DNA of 64,000 nucleotides from Candidatus Peregrinibacteria bacterium (GTDB lineage: Bacteria; Patescibacteriota; Gracilibacteria; UBA1369; JABINC01). This document shows, in pieces, positions 1-9,663 of this stretch (positions within the stretch are counted from its first letter, which is position 1; every line of letters begins with the position of its first letter). The notes under the pieces were generated by a model. The model had not been told where the DNA came from, searched no databases, and saw only the letters and a list, made by a program, of their open reading frames with translations. The stretch covers positions 7,077 to 71,076 of the forward strand of contig JABINC010000042.1 of NCBI GenBank assembly GCA_018697675.1. Reading direction: 5' to 3'. The translations under genes were made by a program, and so were the position numbers.

Positions 1-1128
1 TCACCGATTCCTGTTGTTTATGACTCAAATGGCAATGCGAGTATTGTGAAGGATGATCATCTTCCACTCGAATTACCAACCGACGTAGACTACAAACCAA
101 AAGGGACTTCCCCACTCGGAAGTTCGGAAGAATATGTCGCACGTGCTGAAGAATTATATGGTGAAGGTGCACGATTTGAAATCGATACAATGGATACTTT
201 TGTATGTTCGAGCTGGTATTTTTGGAGATTTATGGATCCGAAAAATGAGAAACTTTTTGCAGGAAGTGAGGCGCTCAAAAAATGGGGTGCTGTTGACCTT
301 TATGTAGGTGGTGCAGAACACACTGTGATGCATTTACTATATGCGAGATTCTTTTGTAAGGTCCTACATCGATTTGGTTATATCGATTATGATGAGCCGT
401 TTTTGAAATTGCGTCACCAGGGAATGATCCTCGGCGAAGATGGTGAGAAAATGAGTAAATCTCGCGGGAATGTAATCAATCCAAATGAGATTGTTGAAAG
501 GCACGGAGCCGACACTCTCCGCATGTACGAGATGTTTATGGGCCCTTTCAAAGATATGAAACCTTGGAATATGAATGGTGCCGCAGGAATTTACAGGTTC
601 GTGCAGAAGGTTTGGAAATTGTATTCGAGTGTAAAAGGAAATGGATTCGCCACTGATGATGCTTGTGAAAATCTTCGACATAAAACAATTAAAAAGATCA
701 CTGAAGATACTGAAAATTTCAAATTCAATACTGCTATCAGTCAGATGATGGTTTATGTAAATGAGTTAAATGCGAACGGTGCCACCAAAAAAGATATGGA
801 GGCTCTACTCCTAATTCTTGGAATTTATTCACCACATATCTCAGCTGAAATCTGGGAGCTACTCGGATTCGAAAAAGAACTAGGATTCCTGGATGAACAA
901 CCTTGGCCTATTTATGATGCTGCATTGTGTGTCGATAATGAAATTGAATTCGCCGTTCAGGTAAATGGAAAACTCCGCGGAACTTTCATGAGTGCTCCTA
1001 ATATCACAAAAGACGAAGCCTTAAAAGAAGCTCGTGAGCTTGAAAATGTTTCTAAGTTCCTAAACGAGGGCGAGGTCTTGAAAGAGATCTATGTACCAGG
1101 AAAACTGGTGAATTTTGTGGTTCGATAA
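1..1128 (+). CDS. leuS: Leucyl-tRNA synthetase, C-terminal part (gene begins upstream of the window)
   Basis: Frame 1 is open from nt 1. It carries the class-I KMSKS loop (GEKMSKSRGNVINP), an anticodon-binding region and the typical LeuS C-terminal domain (VQVNGKLRG). Confidence 0.9.
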   Translation, partial: SPIPVVYDSNGNASIVKDDHLPLELPTDVDYKPKGTSPLGSSEEYVARAEELYGEGARFEIDTMDTFVCSSWYFWRFMDPKNEKLFAGSEALKKWGAVDLYVGGAEHTVMHLLYARFFCKVLHRFGYIDYDEPFLKLRHQGMILGEDGEKMSKSRGNVINPNEIVERHGADTLRMYEMFMGPFKDMKPWNMNGAAGIYRFVQKVWKLYSSVKGNGFATDDACENLRHKTIKKITEDTENFKFNTAISQMMVYVNELNANGATKKDMEALLLILGIYSPHISAEIWELLGFEKELGFLDEQPWPIYDAALCVDNEIEFAVQVNGKLRGTFMSAPNITKDEALKEARELENVSKFLNEGEVLKEIYVPGKLVNFVVR

Positions 1129-1366
1129 TATCGAAACCATTTTCATACTTTATTCACGTGAACAAACCCAAAGTATTTTTTCGGCTTGAATAAATGATTT
1201 TTAACGAAGACCTATATATAAAATATATCTAATATTTTCTATTTTGAAAAATTGACCAAAAACATACCTAAAACACTATCTAATATATATGTGATCTGGT
1301 ATGAAAAATTTTATTTTAAAAAGTGCCGTTTTGTGATTTCAAGTACAAGCACTACACGGTCCCAAG

Positions 1367-2557
1367 CTAATCTGAAATATAACTCTCGATTTCGCCGTAG
1401 TATTGAGTGGAGATTGTGGTTTGGAGAGTGATTGATCTTAGGGATTCTGGGAGGATGTCGGCGCGGGGGTCGTTGAGCTCTGCGGTCATAATTACTGTGA
1501 CATATGGTTGCATTTTTTGTGGAAGTTCATCGAAGGCTTTTGCGGGATCTTCGATAGGTGCGACATAGAAACGGAGATCCGTAATACTGATAACCGGCGG
1601 TGTCATCGGACTGAAATCCAGGTATAGATCTTCTAAAGGGGAAATATTTTCGCTATTTGGGTCCAGGTCGTCTATTGCTGGGAGAGCAGGATCTCCTGGG
1701 CTTGGTTCATTTGTACATGCAAAATCCTCATGGCAGAACCAAGAATCATTTATTGGATTTCCATCGTTGTTTTCTCCAATCATTTTTAACATTGAGAGCA
1801 CGTAGCCCCCTTCGAACTCAGGAGATTCCCAAAGAGTTGATGGATCAGCTGCCCAAGGTTCACGGGCGATTATAGTTTTGGTTTGACCGTCCGGACTTAT
1901 GAGAAACAACATATCCATCTCGTGCTGCTCGGTATCTGACATGGCACTACAAGTGCCGTAACGCTGTGTCGAGACAAATGGATACATCTCTGTCGTGAGG
2001 TCACAGACCGCCGAAGCTTGCTCGGGTGGCAAAAACATATCGGTTTCATATGGATTTGTCCCTGTCGCTATGTCTTCTGTGTATTCGAGAGTTGGCCAAT
2101 CATCACAGTATTCTGAGGAAACGGAGTAATGTTTTGCTTCTATTGCGTTATAACAAAATGCCCCAAGGTCATCTTCACTTATACTGGAGTAATTCACCCC
2201 CTGAGATCCTGAGTTCCCTTTGATATCCCCTGGATTGTAGAATCTAGCTCCATAAACCGAGTAATTCGAACCAAAATTGTCACCTGTGGTTTCAAATTCT
2301 TCGCCACCGTTATTGATAACGTAATAGTTGTAATATTCTGGATAATCGATTGCGTTTGATTGGACTGCGCGCATGACCCTCTCCATCGCATGTTTTGATT
2401 CAAATTGCAGTGTGCTCGTTAAATTCAGGTAATTGTTTGCATTTGTGACATTGAAAAATATGTTCGTTGCAAGGACAATTATAATCATCAATATCGATGA
2501 TGCTACGAGTAGCTCGATCAGTGTGAATGCCCTAGTTTTTCGGAAAGTATTTTTCAT
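1367..2557 (-). CDS. Large type IV pilin-like / minor pilin protein (396 aa)
   Basis: N-terminus MKNTFRKTRA|FTLIELLVASSILMIIIVL is a prepilin-type cleavage/methylation motif with Glu+5 and a hydrophobic helix. It is the last of three co-directional pilin-like genes. Confidence 0.7.
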   Translation of the reverse strand: MKNTFRKTRAFTLIELLVASSILMIIIVLATNIFFNVTNANNYLNLTSTLQFESKHAMERVMRAVQSNAIDYPEYYNYYVINNGGEEFETTGDNFGSNYSVYGARFYNPGDIKGNSGSQGVNYSSISEDDLGAFCYNAIEAKHYSVSSEYCDDWPTLEYTEDIATGTNPYETDMFLPPEQASAVCDLTTEMYPFVSTQRYGTCSAMSDTEQHEMDMLFLISPDGQTKTIIAREPWAADPSTLWESPEFEGGYVLSMLKMIGENNDGNPINDSWFCHEDFACTNEPSPGDPALPAIDDLDPNSENISPLEDLYLDFSPMTPPVISITDLRFYVAPIEDPAKAFDELPQKMQPYVTVIMTAELNDPRADILPESLRSITLQTTISTQYYGEIESYISD

Positions 2558-2579
2558 TTAAATTTGGAAATTGGAAATT

Positions 2580-3248
2580 TTATTTTCGAAAATTAGTCAG
2601 GAGTGTTGTGACTGAATAAGTATTAACTTTTTTTCTGTATGGCCATTTCATTGTACTTGTGACAACTAGGACTTCTTCTGGATCTGTAGAAGAATCCCCA
2701 TCCACATCCAACTCGAGTGCTTCAATTCTTATCTGCCTGTAGAAATTTGTATTTTCTGCTTCGAATGACTCACCTATAAAAACTGGCTTACCTTCATCGG
2801 CTTCAAGAAATCTTTGATGAATAGAGTATTCATTTGGCAACCGCATAAGCACCGCGGCATCACTAAATTCGTTTATAGCAAGAATCGGCCCCTCGAGAGA
2901 CCAAGTAAAGTCTACGTGATCGAAAAACACCGAATAGTAACTTTCCCCACTGCCGACTTCTGCCATCATTGGACTGTTCAAGGAATCACAAACATCACTA
3001 GTTTCAATTGTTTTCCAACATTCCTCATCGGCAAATTTCATCCAGTTTGTATCGCGTACATTACGAGTCGCTTCGAGCCCCTCTTTCGCAAAAAATACCG
3101 CCTGCTCCCAGAGTTGATTGCTAGCTGTCACGTTCATCGCCCTATTCAAAACCACACTCGAAGTTGTCACCCCAATAGCGATTATAAACAGTGCTATTAC
3201 CACTTCTAGAATTGTTTCTGCGCGTTTTTGTTTGAAATATTCGAGCAT
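2580..3248 (-). CDS. Type IV minor pilin-like protein (PilV-like, 222 aa)
   Basis: N-terminus ...KQKRA|ETILEVVIALFIIAIGV has Glu at +5 followed by a hydrophobic helix. It sits between two clearer pilin genes. Confidence 0.6.
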   Translation of the reverse strand: MLEYFKQKRAETILEVVIALFIIAIGVTTSSVVLNRAMNVTASNQLWEQAVFFAKEGLEATRNVRDTNWMKFADEECWKTIETSDVCDSLNSPMMAEVGSGESYYSVFFDHVDFTWSLEGPILAINEFSDAAVLMRLPNEYSIHQRFLEADEGKPVFIGESFEAENTNFYRQIRIEALELDVDGDSSTDPEEVLVVTSTMKWPYRKKVNTYSVTTLLTNFRK

Positions 3249-3269
3249 ATTTTTATTTGAAAATTTTAT

Positions 3270-3974
3270 TTAAAATAAGTCGCCACTTGCATTTTCCATC
3301 ATTTCTGCGGCGGTTTCTTCTGAATACATTACAACCCCTGTATTGCGAATCACATAAACTGAGTAAGCTCGCATGAGCTCTGGCGAATTAAGAGTGAATG
3401 TTAAATTGTCATAATAATTTTCGGCATCACTTGAATCTAAGATTTGCAAGTCCCCAAATGGTGGCTGAAATTCAAAGCTGTAAATATCACTTGAATTTTC
3501 AGCATCCAACTCCTCTCCATCAGAGGTTCCCACAAACTCCCAGTTGTAATCCCCAGAGATTGTTTTTTCTTTTATGAGGATATCGTTTCCACTATATCCG
3601 CCATACGTATGATCCTCACTAAAAGCTGCGTACAGTCGAAGAGTCATTTCTTCATCGGCGGCTGAATACGCAAGGTCGAGTACATAATGGAAAGGGACTG
3701 TATCTCCGGGCTGACTTGGGTCCGTTGGGATCCCATCGTAATTCGTATCCACTCCAAAACTTGCAGCCTCCGGAAGAGATTTGTTGTTCAGTGCGGCACT
3801 GCGGACTTCATCAAAGAAAATTTTCACAGTTGCTGTATCTTTTTTGAAACTAAAAATTTCCGCCGCGCGGAAAAGTGTTGGCACCCCAGCCCCGAGAATT
3901 ATGATTATAACTATAGTCACTATCAAAAGCTCTAGAAGTGTGAATGCGTTTTTGTTTTGATGTATATTTCTCAT
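3270..3974 (-). CDS. Type IV pilin/pseudopilin-like protein (234 aa)
   Basis: N-terminus MRNIHQNKNA|FTLLELLIVTIVIIIILGAG is a class III signal peptide / N-methylation domain. Confidence 0.7.
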   Translation of the reverse strand: MRNIHQNKNAFTLLELLIVTIVIIIILGAGVPTLFRAAEIFSFKKDTATVKIFFDEVRSAALNNKSLPEAASFGVDTNYDGIPTDPSQPGDTVPFHYVLDLAYSAADEEMTLRLYAAFSEDHTYGGYSGNDILIKEKTISGDYNWEFVGTSDGEELDAENSSDIYSFEFQPPFGDLQILDSSDAENYYDNLTFTLNSPELMRAYSVYVIRNTGVVMYSEETAAEMMENASGDLF

Positions 3975-4059
3975 TTTTAAAATGTGACCTCAACTGGCCC
4001 CTACTATACCGTTTTTCCTGTACCGGAAACAAGGGAAAGCCGATCTAATTTGAAGGATA

Positions 4060-4737
4060 TTATTTCTTCCCATTAATTATTACCACGAATTCACCTTTTG
4101 GCTTTTTCTCCTCAAAATGAGTAATCACTTCTGAGGTTTCTCCACGAACAAATTCTTCAAATTTCTTGGTAAGCTCTCGCCCAATGACCAGTTCTCGTTC
4201 TCCCAAGTACTTTTCAATTTCTCTGAGAGTTTTTAAAATCCGCTGAGGAGCTTCGTAAAAAACAATTGTTTTTTCTTCTTCCTGAAGAGCTGTGAATAGT
4301 GTCTGCCGACCTTTTTTTATTGGTAAAAATCCCAAATAAACAAAACGGTTTGTCATCGCTCCGGAAGCGGACAGTGCTGTTAGGAAGGCCGAAGGGCCTG
4401 GGATCGGCACCACTTCAATTCCAGCTTTGATTGCCGCATTGACCAATACATACGCCGGATCCGAAATCCCTGGAGTCCCTGCATCAGTTATGAGGGCCAT
4501 ATCTTTTGGAGCTTCTCCGTCCACCCCTTTGAGTTCTCTTACAAAATGTTCAACCTTCGCTTGAGTAGTATGAGTATGAAAAGAGCTCATCCTCGTTTTG
4601 ATTTCATAATGTTTCAAAAGTATCCCACTATGTCGAGTGTCCTCTGCGAGAATAAGATCTACTTCCTTCAGAACTCTAACCGCTCGAAAGGTCATATCTT
4701 CTAAATTCCCAATTGGTGTAGCAACGATGTATAGCAT
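4060..4737 (-). CDS. rsmI: 16S rRNA (cytidine1402-2'-O)-methyltransferase
   Basis: MLYIVATPIGNLEDMTFRAVRVLKEVDLILAEDTRHSG is the hallmark RsmI N-terminus. The start codon abuts the tsaB stop. Confidence 0.9.
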   Translation of the reverse strand: MLYIVATPIGNLEDMTFRAVRVLKEVDLILAEDTRHSGILLKHYEIKTRMSSFHTHTTQAKVEHFVRELKGVDGEAPKDMALITDAGTPGISDPAYVLVNAAIKAGIEVVPIPGPSAFLTALSASGAMTNRFVYLGFLPIKKGRQTLFTALQEEEKTIVFYEAPQRILKTLREIEKYLGERELVIGRELTKKFEEFVRGETSEVITHFEEKKPKGEFVVIINGKK

Positions 4738-5346
4738 TTAAATTTGTTTTTTTGATACAGAGATATTTGGCGGTTTCAAATAGACAGCCTCCGCCTGATC
4801 AACCTTGAAGTTATCAAGTTTGCCTTCTTTTGACAATTTAATAACAGCCTCGCCGAAGGTGAGGCCTCTTTTCTGAACTAAGATTTTCTTACCTCCCCCT
4901 TCTAATGCTTCCAAATGAGTATCGCTAAGATCCCCATAAAATTCTTCTTCGATGCCTTCTAAGAAGGCAGTAGCATCATTTTTTATAAATTCTTTTTCTG
5001 ATTTAAGTTCATAAATTTCTGATTTACCTGCACTCAGAAAAATCGGGAACGGTTTTCCCTCTTGATCAAAAAGAGTTTTTAAATCAATTTGATAAATCTC
5101 AGCCTGACTAGCAAAAGCAATTGTGTTTGCGACAACAACTCCTATTCGGATAGAAGTAAATGCCCCTGGCCCTGCAATCACGACAATTTTATCAGGAGTA
5201 TGCTCTGGCACAATTTCCTTCAAAAATTCAAAAATCTTTTCTGTGTGATCACGATCCGAATCCTCTGAACGTTCATAAAGAACTTTTCCCTCCCCGATGA
5301 GGGCAACTTCAACTTTTCGAAGACATGTATTGATTGCGAGTATCAT
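4738..5346 (-). CDS. tsaB: tRNA t6A37 threonylcarbamoyl-transfer complex subunit TsaB (YeaZ)
   Basis: ASKHA-fold N-terminus MILAINTC... and a GPGAFTSIRIGVVVANTIAF motif. Length is ~200 aa. Confidence 0.8.
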   Translation of the reverse strand: MILAINTCLRKVEVALIGEGKVLYERSEDSDRDHTEKIFEFLKEIVPEHTPDKIVVIAGPGAFTSIRIGVVVANTIAFASQAEIYQIDLKTLFDQEGKPFPIFLSAGKSEIYELKSEKEFIKNDATAFLEGIEEEFYGDLSDTHLEALEGGGKKILVQKRGLTFGEAVIKLSKEGKLDNFKVDQAEAVYLKPPNISVSKKQI

Positions 5347-5378
5347 GCATCGATTCTAGCGAAACACACTCTGAATTT

Positions 5379-5714
5379 CTACCCATAAATCAGGATTCCA
5401 ACAATGATTGAAATGTGGCTGCAAGCCCAAAGTATTGAAGTGATGAGAAGAGGTTTTTCTTTGTGAACAAGCGCGTATGTGATCCAAGGAATTTTCATTG
5501 TGAGCAGCAGTATGTATGTAGTAATTGCGAGCCCTGCCACCTCTTGTCCAATGTATATTTTTGCAATTTGGGGAATATTAAAAAGAGGCCCAACTATTGC
5601 GATAAAAAGCATTGCACGATCGAGTCCGCCGATCCATTTATTTGGATGCGGATATGGCGCAAGGTCTTTGGCTTTGCGTTTCCTCTGATGTATGTGGTGA
5701 GTGTTGAATCTCAT
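5379..5714 (-). CDS. SemiSWEET / PQ-loop family small membrane transporter
   Basis: 111 aa with three predicted TM helices and a PQ motif in the first helix (GPLFNIPQIAKIY). Confidence 0.55.
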   Translation of the reverse strand: MRFNTHHIHQRKRKAKDLAPYPHPNKWIGGLDRAMLFIAIVGPLFNIPQIAKIYIGQEVAGLAITTYILLLTMKIPWITYALVHKEKPLLITSILWACSHISIIVGILIYG

Positions 5715-5759
5715 GCTTTTCTTTGTTTTTTTGTGTTTTTAGGTCGGCTGTATCTCCTT

Positions 5760-5788
5760 ATTCTAGCATTTTTATAGGTTTTGGAGAA
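5760..5788 (-). promoter_or_regulatory. Putative promoter for the SemiSWEET gene (TTCTCC-N17-TGcTAGAAT)
   Basis: On the minus strand there is an extended -10 TGC-TAGAAT (plus 5760-5768) and a weak -35 TTCTCC (plus 5783-5788), about 45 nt upstream of the ATG. Confidence 0.3.
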
Positions 5789-5793
5789 CCCTG

Positions 5794-8700
5794 TTAGTAT
5801 TTTTTCTCAATTTCAACTCCTTTGTAATAAAATTTGATAATGTCTTGGAATTTGTAACCGCGAGTGGCGGCGGCTGTGGCGCCGCAACCTGAGAGCCCCA
5901 CTCCATGGCCAGAGAACATCGAGGCTTCACAAAGAGTATCTGGAACCGATACAAGATAAGGAGTATGAGTCCATCCCCAAACCTCCTCTGCTCCGCGGGT
6001 GGCTGTGCCATCCGTTGAGTTGAAATATGGTGTTTTTACAACTTTGTCCTCGTACGTGACTACATTTCCTGTAGTTGCATTTACAGCTTTTACAACGTTT
6101 GGAGCACGTTTTTCAACTCCGTAGCCGAGGTATCTTTGGCTGACATTTGGATCGTCATCTAAGTCGTATGGTTTACCTGGGAATTTGGCTTCAGAGGTTC
6201 CTCTGCGGTCCATATAATAAGTCGCATATGTTCTGGCAAGAGTAATAATAGTTTTTATTTTTTCTGTTGGATCACCGTTTGAGACTTCGCCGATTCCGTA
6301 TAGGTAATGCTCAAGTGGAAGTTCGTTTATCACTTTTAGCTCTCCTCCAAGTGGATGAGAAGGGTCTCCTACCCATCTTACTTCCAGGACTCCGCGGTAT
6401 TCGTTATCATTCAGCTCTTGATTCCAAGCTGGCCTATTTTCAAAATTATCTATTTTAAGAATTCCGTTTTGGCTTCCAATTCTTATATGGCTTTTTGTTA
6501 GAACTTTTTTGTCAGCAAATTTCACGATATATGCATCATCTGAACGAAGAATTTTTATTTTTTCACCTGCTCGAATTGAGATTCCATCGTTCAAGTGATT
6601 CCCTTCCCCATCGAAGATTCTGACATTGGAATCTGCGGTGATCGATGGAGCTCCGCGGAACGAAAGAGCCACGCGAATTTTTTCTCCCACGCCACTCGAA
6701 GAAGTGGCTGTATTGATTTTGGTTTTAGGGGAAAGTGTACTTGTTGATGATTGATTCGTTGATACTTGAGGTATAGTTGGGGCTACCCTTCCGGTGACAG
6801 AGAACTCAAACCGCACCGGCTTCTCGCTGAGGCGAGCGTCCCTGTGTCTAAATATGAAATTTATGAAATGGTTACCAGATTTTTCTGGAGCAGTGAGCCG
6901 GAAATATATGCGTGTTTTTTCTCCAGGCTTCACAGTTCCTTTGTCCATCACAACGTGTCCCGCCTTGATAAGCGGTGATTTCAAAGTCGCTATGTAAACT
7001 CGATCTTTTCCTACTCTCTTCCAAGTACTGCTTCCGTTATTTTGCACTTCAATCCACATGCGTTTTTGTTCTCCAGGTTTTAGTGTGAGATCTTCTGACG
7101 TATTAGTTATTTCGATTGTGTTTGTTTTTTTGACAATTCCTTTAACCTTCAAATTAAAAGTCTGTGAAGTCCTAGACTGCACCCTATTCCCAATTCCATC
7201 TATCAAAATCAGCTTTATCTTCTCTTCGAATTCCCCTGCCGTGACACCTGCTTTGAATGCGACTTCGAATACTGCCTTTTCGCCAGGCTTGACTTCACTG
7301 CGGGTGACCATATGTCCGGTTACAAAAAGTGAGTTTAAGGCAGAGCTCTTCAGAGAAATATTTTCTTTTCTCCATGTTACGTTCCCCATGTTTTCCACTG
7401 TAAATGTTGCGCCTGTAGATTCGTTTTTCTTTAAATTTAATTTCGGAGATTTATCGATTTGAATTAGTTCGAAATCCAAATATGCAGGCTCTATATAAAC
7501 CGGGAAATTTAATTTTCTTTCTGAGATGAGTGTTCCTGTTTTTAGATAAAGATAATAATTCTTAAGTCCACTCGAGAAGTTTCCTTGCATTGGGATTGTG
7601 AAAGTTCCGGTGCCTCCAGGGCTTACCTGGGCTTCATTCATGCGAGCAACTGTTTCTGAAAAGCCGGCAATATTTTCACTGCCATTTTTATAAATTAGAG
7701 TTGCATTTCTACCCCAAGAAACTGTCCCCGTGTTGCGGAGTTTTACACTGATTGTTTTCTGTTCTTCTGGGCCAACGACAGTTATATTTCTGTTATATGG
7801 ATCTTCAAAATCAACTCCGTTTTTGGTTCCAATAATCTCGGTTGTACTGTCTGATTTCAACACTCCCTTTGCCTGTAATTCACTTTTTACAAGCTGCCGA
7901 ATTGAACTAAGTTTTTCGTAAATATATTGCCCCGGACAAGTCGTATGAGTAGCGTCCCTGTGTCCGGAAATTACATGCAAATTTTCCCCGCGCATTGTTG
8001 CAATAGCTGTCGGATCAAGATCGTGCTTCTCAGATAAGTGCGTCAATAAATCAATTAGCCCTTTGACCGCTCCTGAGCGAACTTCGTTCTCCTGATAATT
8101 TCCGATAATCGCCACTCCGATCGAACCGACATTGTAATTGGCGACATGTGCGCCTACGACCTCATCTCCACCGTAGCGACCTTCAAAAATATTTCCATCT
8201 TCGTCGATTAGGTAATTGTAACCGATGTCGCCCCAGCCCCGAATGGCCGCATGATAATAATAGATTGCGCGCATAGCTGCATACGAATCCTCCATCGCGT
8301 CTTCCTGCGAAGCTGTATGATGCACGAAAATCACCTCGATATCCTGCTCCGGATACTGCACCGGCCATATCAATATTTCATCATTCTCATTTCTCTTAAC
8401 CTCTTTTCGCAAAACTATCTCGTTTGCGTATTTCTCTTTTATTTCTTCATCGACTTCAACCTGATCTGGCTTTCCAAGCCCTCGAAAAACCCGCAAATCC
8501 TCAGCCGCCCCCCACTGCTTCCTAGAAATCACATTCAACCCTCTTCCCGTTATATTTAATCCTGCTACAAGATCGTCTGAAGCCCTCTCAGCCTCTTCAT
8601 TTTTGCTCCCATCTATGTATGTAAATTCCAAATCTGAAATTACAGGACTCAAATTTGAATCCTTACTTTCAAGCTCAAGTTTGTACTGAATATGGGTAGA

Positions 8701-9162
8701 CCAAGCGGTCCTCACAAAAGAATATTTTTTCTCGCTCTCACCCATATTATCCGCATCCTCTTCAACTTCCAACCACTCAGAATTCGCCCCATCTATCTTT
8801 CTAGTTCTCACAAGAATCCTTGAATCCACTCCCTCAATAGCCTTTTCATTCCAAGAAATTCCAAGCGCATAAAAAGGCAATTCTGCCGGCATCCATTCTG
8901 ACAAAAATTCATCTTTAGTTTTGTAAATTTCGGTCATCCCACCTCTCAAATTCGCTGAAAATTTATGTGGCAACTCGTACGAATCCTCCACATGGATCGT
9001 CCCTACTTTATAGCCATTTTCTGCGATCAAACTATGATCTATCTCCACATGTTCTTCTTTCAAAAAAAGCCCATTTGCCTCAAGTAAGATGAGAACAGCC
9101 ATCAGAATAATTCCTCCAAGCACACCTCCTAAAATAAATTTTGAAATCTTTTTTCTTTTCAC
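5794..9162 (-). CDS. Membrane-anchored multidomain peptidoglycan hydrolase: Amidase_2 (PGRP-type N-acetylmuramoyl-L-alanine amidase) + Ig-like repeats + SpoIID/LytB domain
   Basis: N-terminal TM helix. Amidase_2 motifs VIFVHHTAS, GWGDIGYNYLID, GAHV..YN..SIGVAIIGNY and GHRDATHTTCPG lie at about nt 7918-8535. Three to four repeats with a G(T/N/S)x(S/T)W(G/R/K)R motif follow, then an S/T linker. The C-terminal SpoIID-like region (YRGVLEV...LPLEHYLYGIGEV...TLARTYATYY...GHGVGLSGCGA) lies at about nt 5797-6681. Confidence 0.85.
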   Translation of the reverse strand: MKRKKISKFILGGVLGGIILMAVLILLEANGLFLKEEHVEIDHSLIAENGYKVGTIHVEDSYELPHKFSANLRGGMTEIYKTKDEFLSEWMPAELPFYALGISWNEKAIEGVDSRILVRTRKIDGANSEWLEVEEDADNMGESEKKYSFVRTAWSTHIQYKLELESKDSNLSPVISDLEFTYIDGSKNEEAERASDDLVAGLNITGRGLNVISRKQWGAAEDLRVFRGLGKPDQVEVDEEIKEKYANEIVLRKEVKRNENDEILIWPVQYPEQDIEVIFVHHTASQEDAMEDSYAAMRAIYYYHAAIRGWGDIGYNYLIDEDGNIFEGRYGGDEVVGAHVANYNVGSIGVAIIGNYQENEVRSGAVKGLIDLLTHLSEKHDLDPTAIATMRGENLHVISGHRDATHTTCPGQYIYEKLSSIRQLVKSELQAKGVLKSDSTTEIIGTKNGVDFEDPYNRNITVVGPEEQKTISVKLRNTGTVSWGRNATLIYKNGSENIAGFSETVARMNEAQVSPGGTGTFTIPMQGNFSSGLKNYYLYLKTGTLISERKLNFPVYIEPAYLDFELIQIDKSPKLNLKKNESTGATFTVENMGNVTWRKENISLKSSALNSLFVTGHMVTRSEVKPGEKAVFEVAFKAGVTAGEFEEKIKLILIDGIGNRVQSRTSQTFNLKVKGIVKKTNTIEITNTSEDLTLKPGEQKRMWIEVQNNGSSTWKRVGKDRVYIATLKSPLIKAGHVVMDKGTVKPGEKTRIYFRLTAPEKSGNHFINFIFRHRDARLSEKPVRFEFSVTGRVAPTIPQVSTNQSSTSTLSPKTKINTATSSSGVGEKIRVALSFRGAPSITADSNVRIFDGEGNHLNDGISIRAGEKIKILRSDDAYIVKFADKKVLTKSHIRIGSQNGILKIDNFENRPAWNQELNDNEYRGVLEVRWVGDPSHPLGGELKVINELPLEHYLYGIGEVSNGDPTEKIKTIITLARTYATYYMDRRGTSEAKFPGKPYDLDDDPNVSQRYLGYGVEKRAPNVVKAVNATTGNVVTYEDKVVKTPYFNSTDGTATRGAEEVWGWTHTPYLVSVPDTLCEASMFSGHGVGLSGCGATAAATRGYKFQDIIKFYYKGVEIEKKY

Positions 9163-9280
9163 TGAAAATTGATCAATATTAATCTTTGTATTTTAGCATA
9201 AATAAGCCATCCTCTCAATTCACCCTGAGTTGACAAGAAGTGGAATAAAATGTGCAATCTGAAACTGTAGATTTGTGCAC

Positions 9281-9309
9281 TTGAACCCTTCTTTTATACT
9301 TGATACAAT
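9281..9309 (+). promoter_or_regulatory. Sigma70-like promoter for trxA (TTGAAC-N17-TACAAT)
   Basis: -35 at 9281-9286 and -10 at 9304-9309, 30 nt upstream of the trxA ATG. Confidence 0.45.
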
Positions 9310-9338
9310 CCAGCCGCTTTAATCTTTAAAATAAAAAT

Positions 9339-9659
9339 ATGGCAGAAGTAGTTTTCACAGATGGGAATTTGCAAGAGCAAGCGCTCGATGTTAAGGACAA
9401 ACTCATTATGATTGATTTTTTCGCAGCTTGGTGTGGGCCGTGTCAGATGATGATGCCACACGTTGATGAATTAGCATCTGAAATCACAGATGCAGTTATT
9501 GGAAAATGTAATGTAGATGACAGCCCGGGGGTAGCTCAGAAATTTCAAGTTATGAGTATTCCTACAGTTGTGTTCCTGAAAAATGGAGAGATCGTTGAAA
9601 AACTAGTTGGATATCAGGCTAAAGAAGTTTTGGCAGAGAAAATTAATGAGCTGAAATAA
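9339..9659 (+). CDS. trxA: Thioredoxin
   Basis: 106 aa with the WCGPC active site and a thioredoxin fold sequence (MSIPTVVFLKNGE). Confidence 0.9.
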   Translation: MAEVVFTDGNLQEQALDVKDKLIMIDFFAAWCGPCQMMMPHVDELASEITDAVIGKCNVDDSPGVAQKFQVMSIPTVVFLKNGEIVEKLVGYQAKEVLAEKINELK

Positions 9660-9663
9660 ACTG

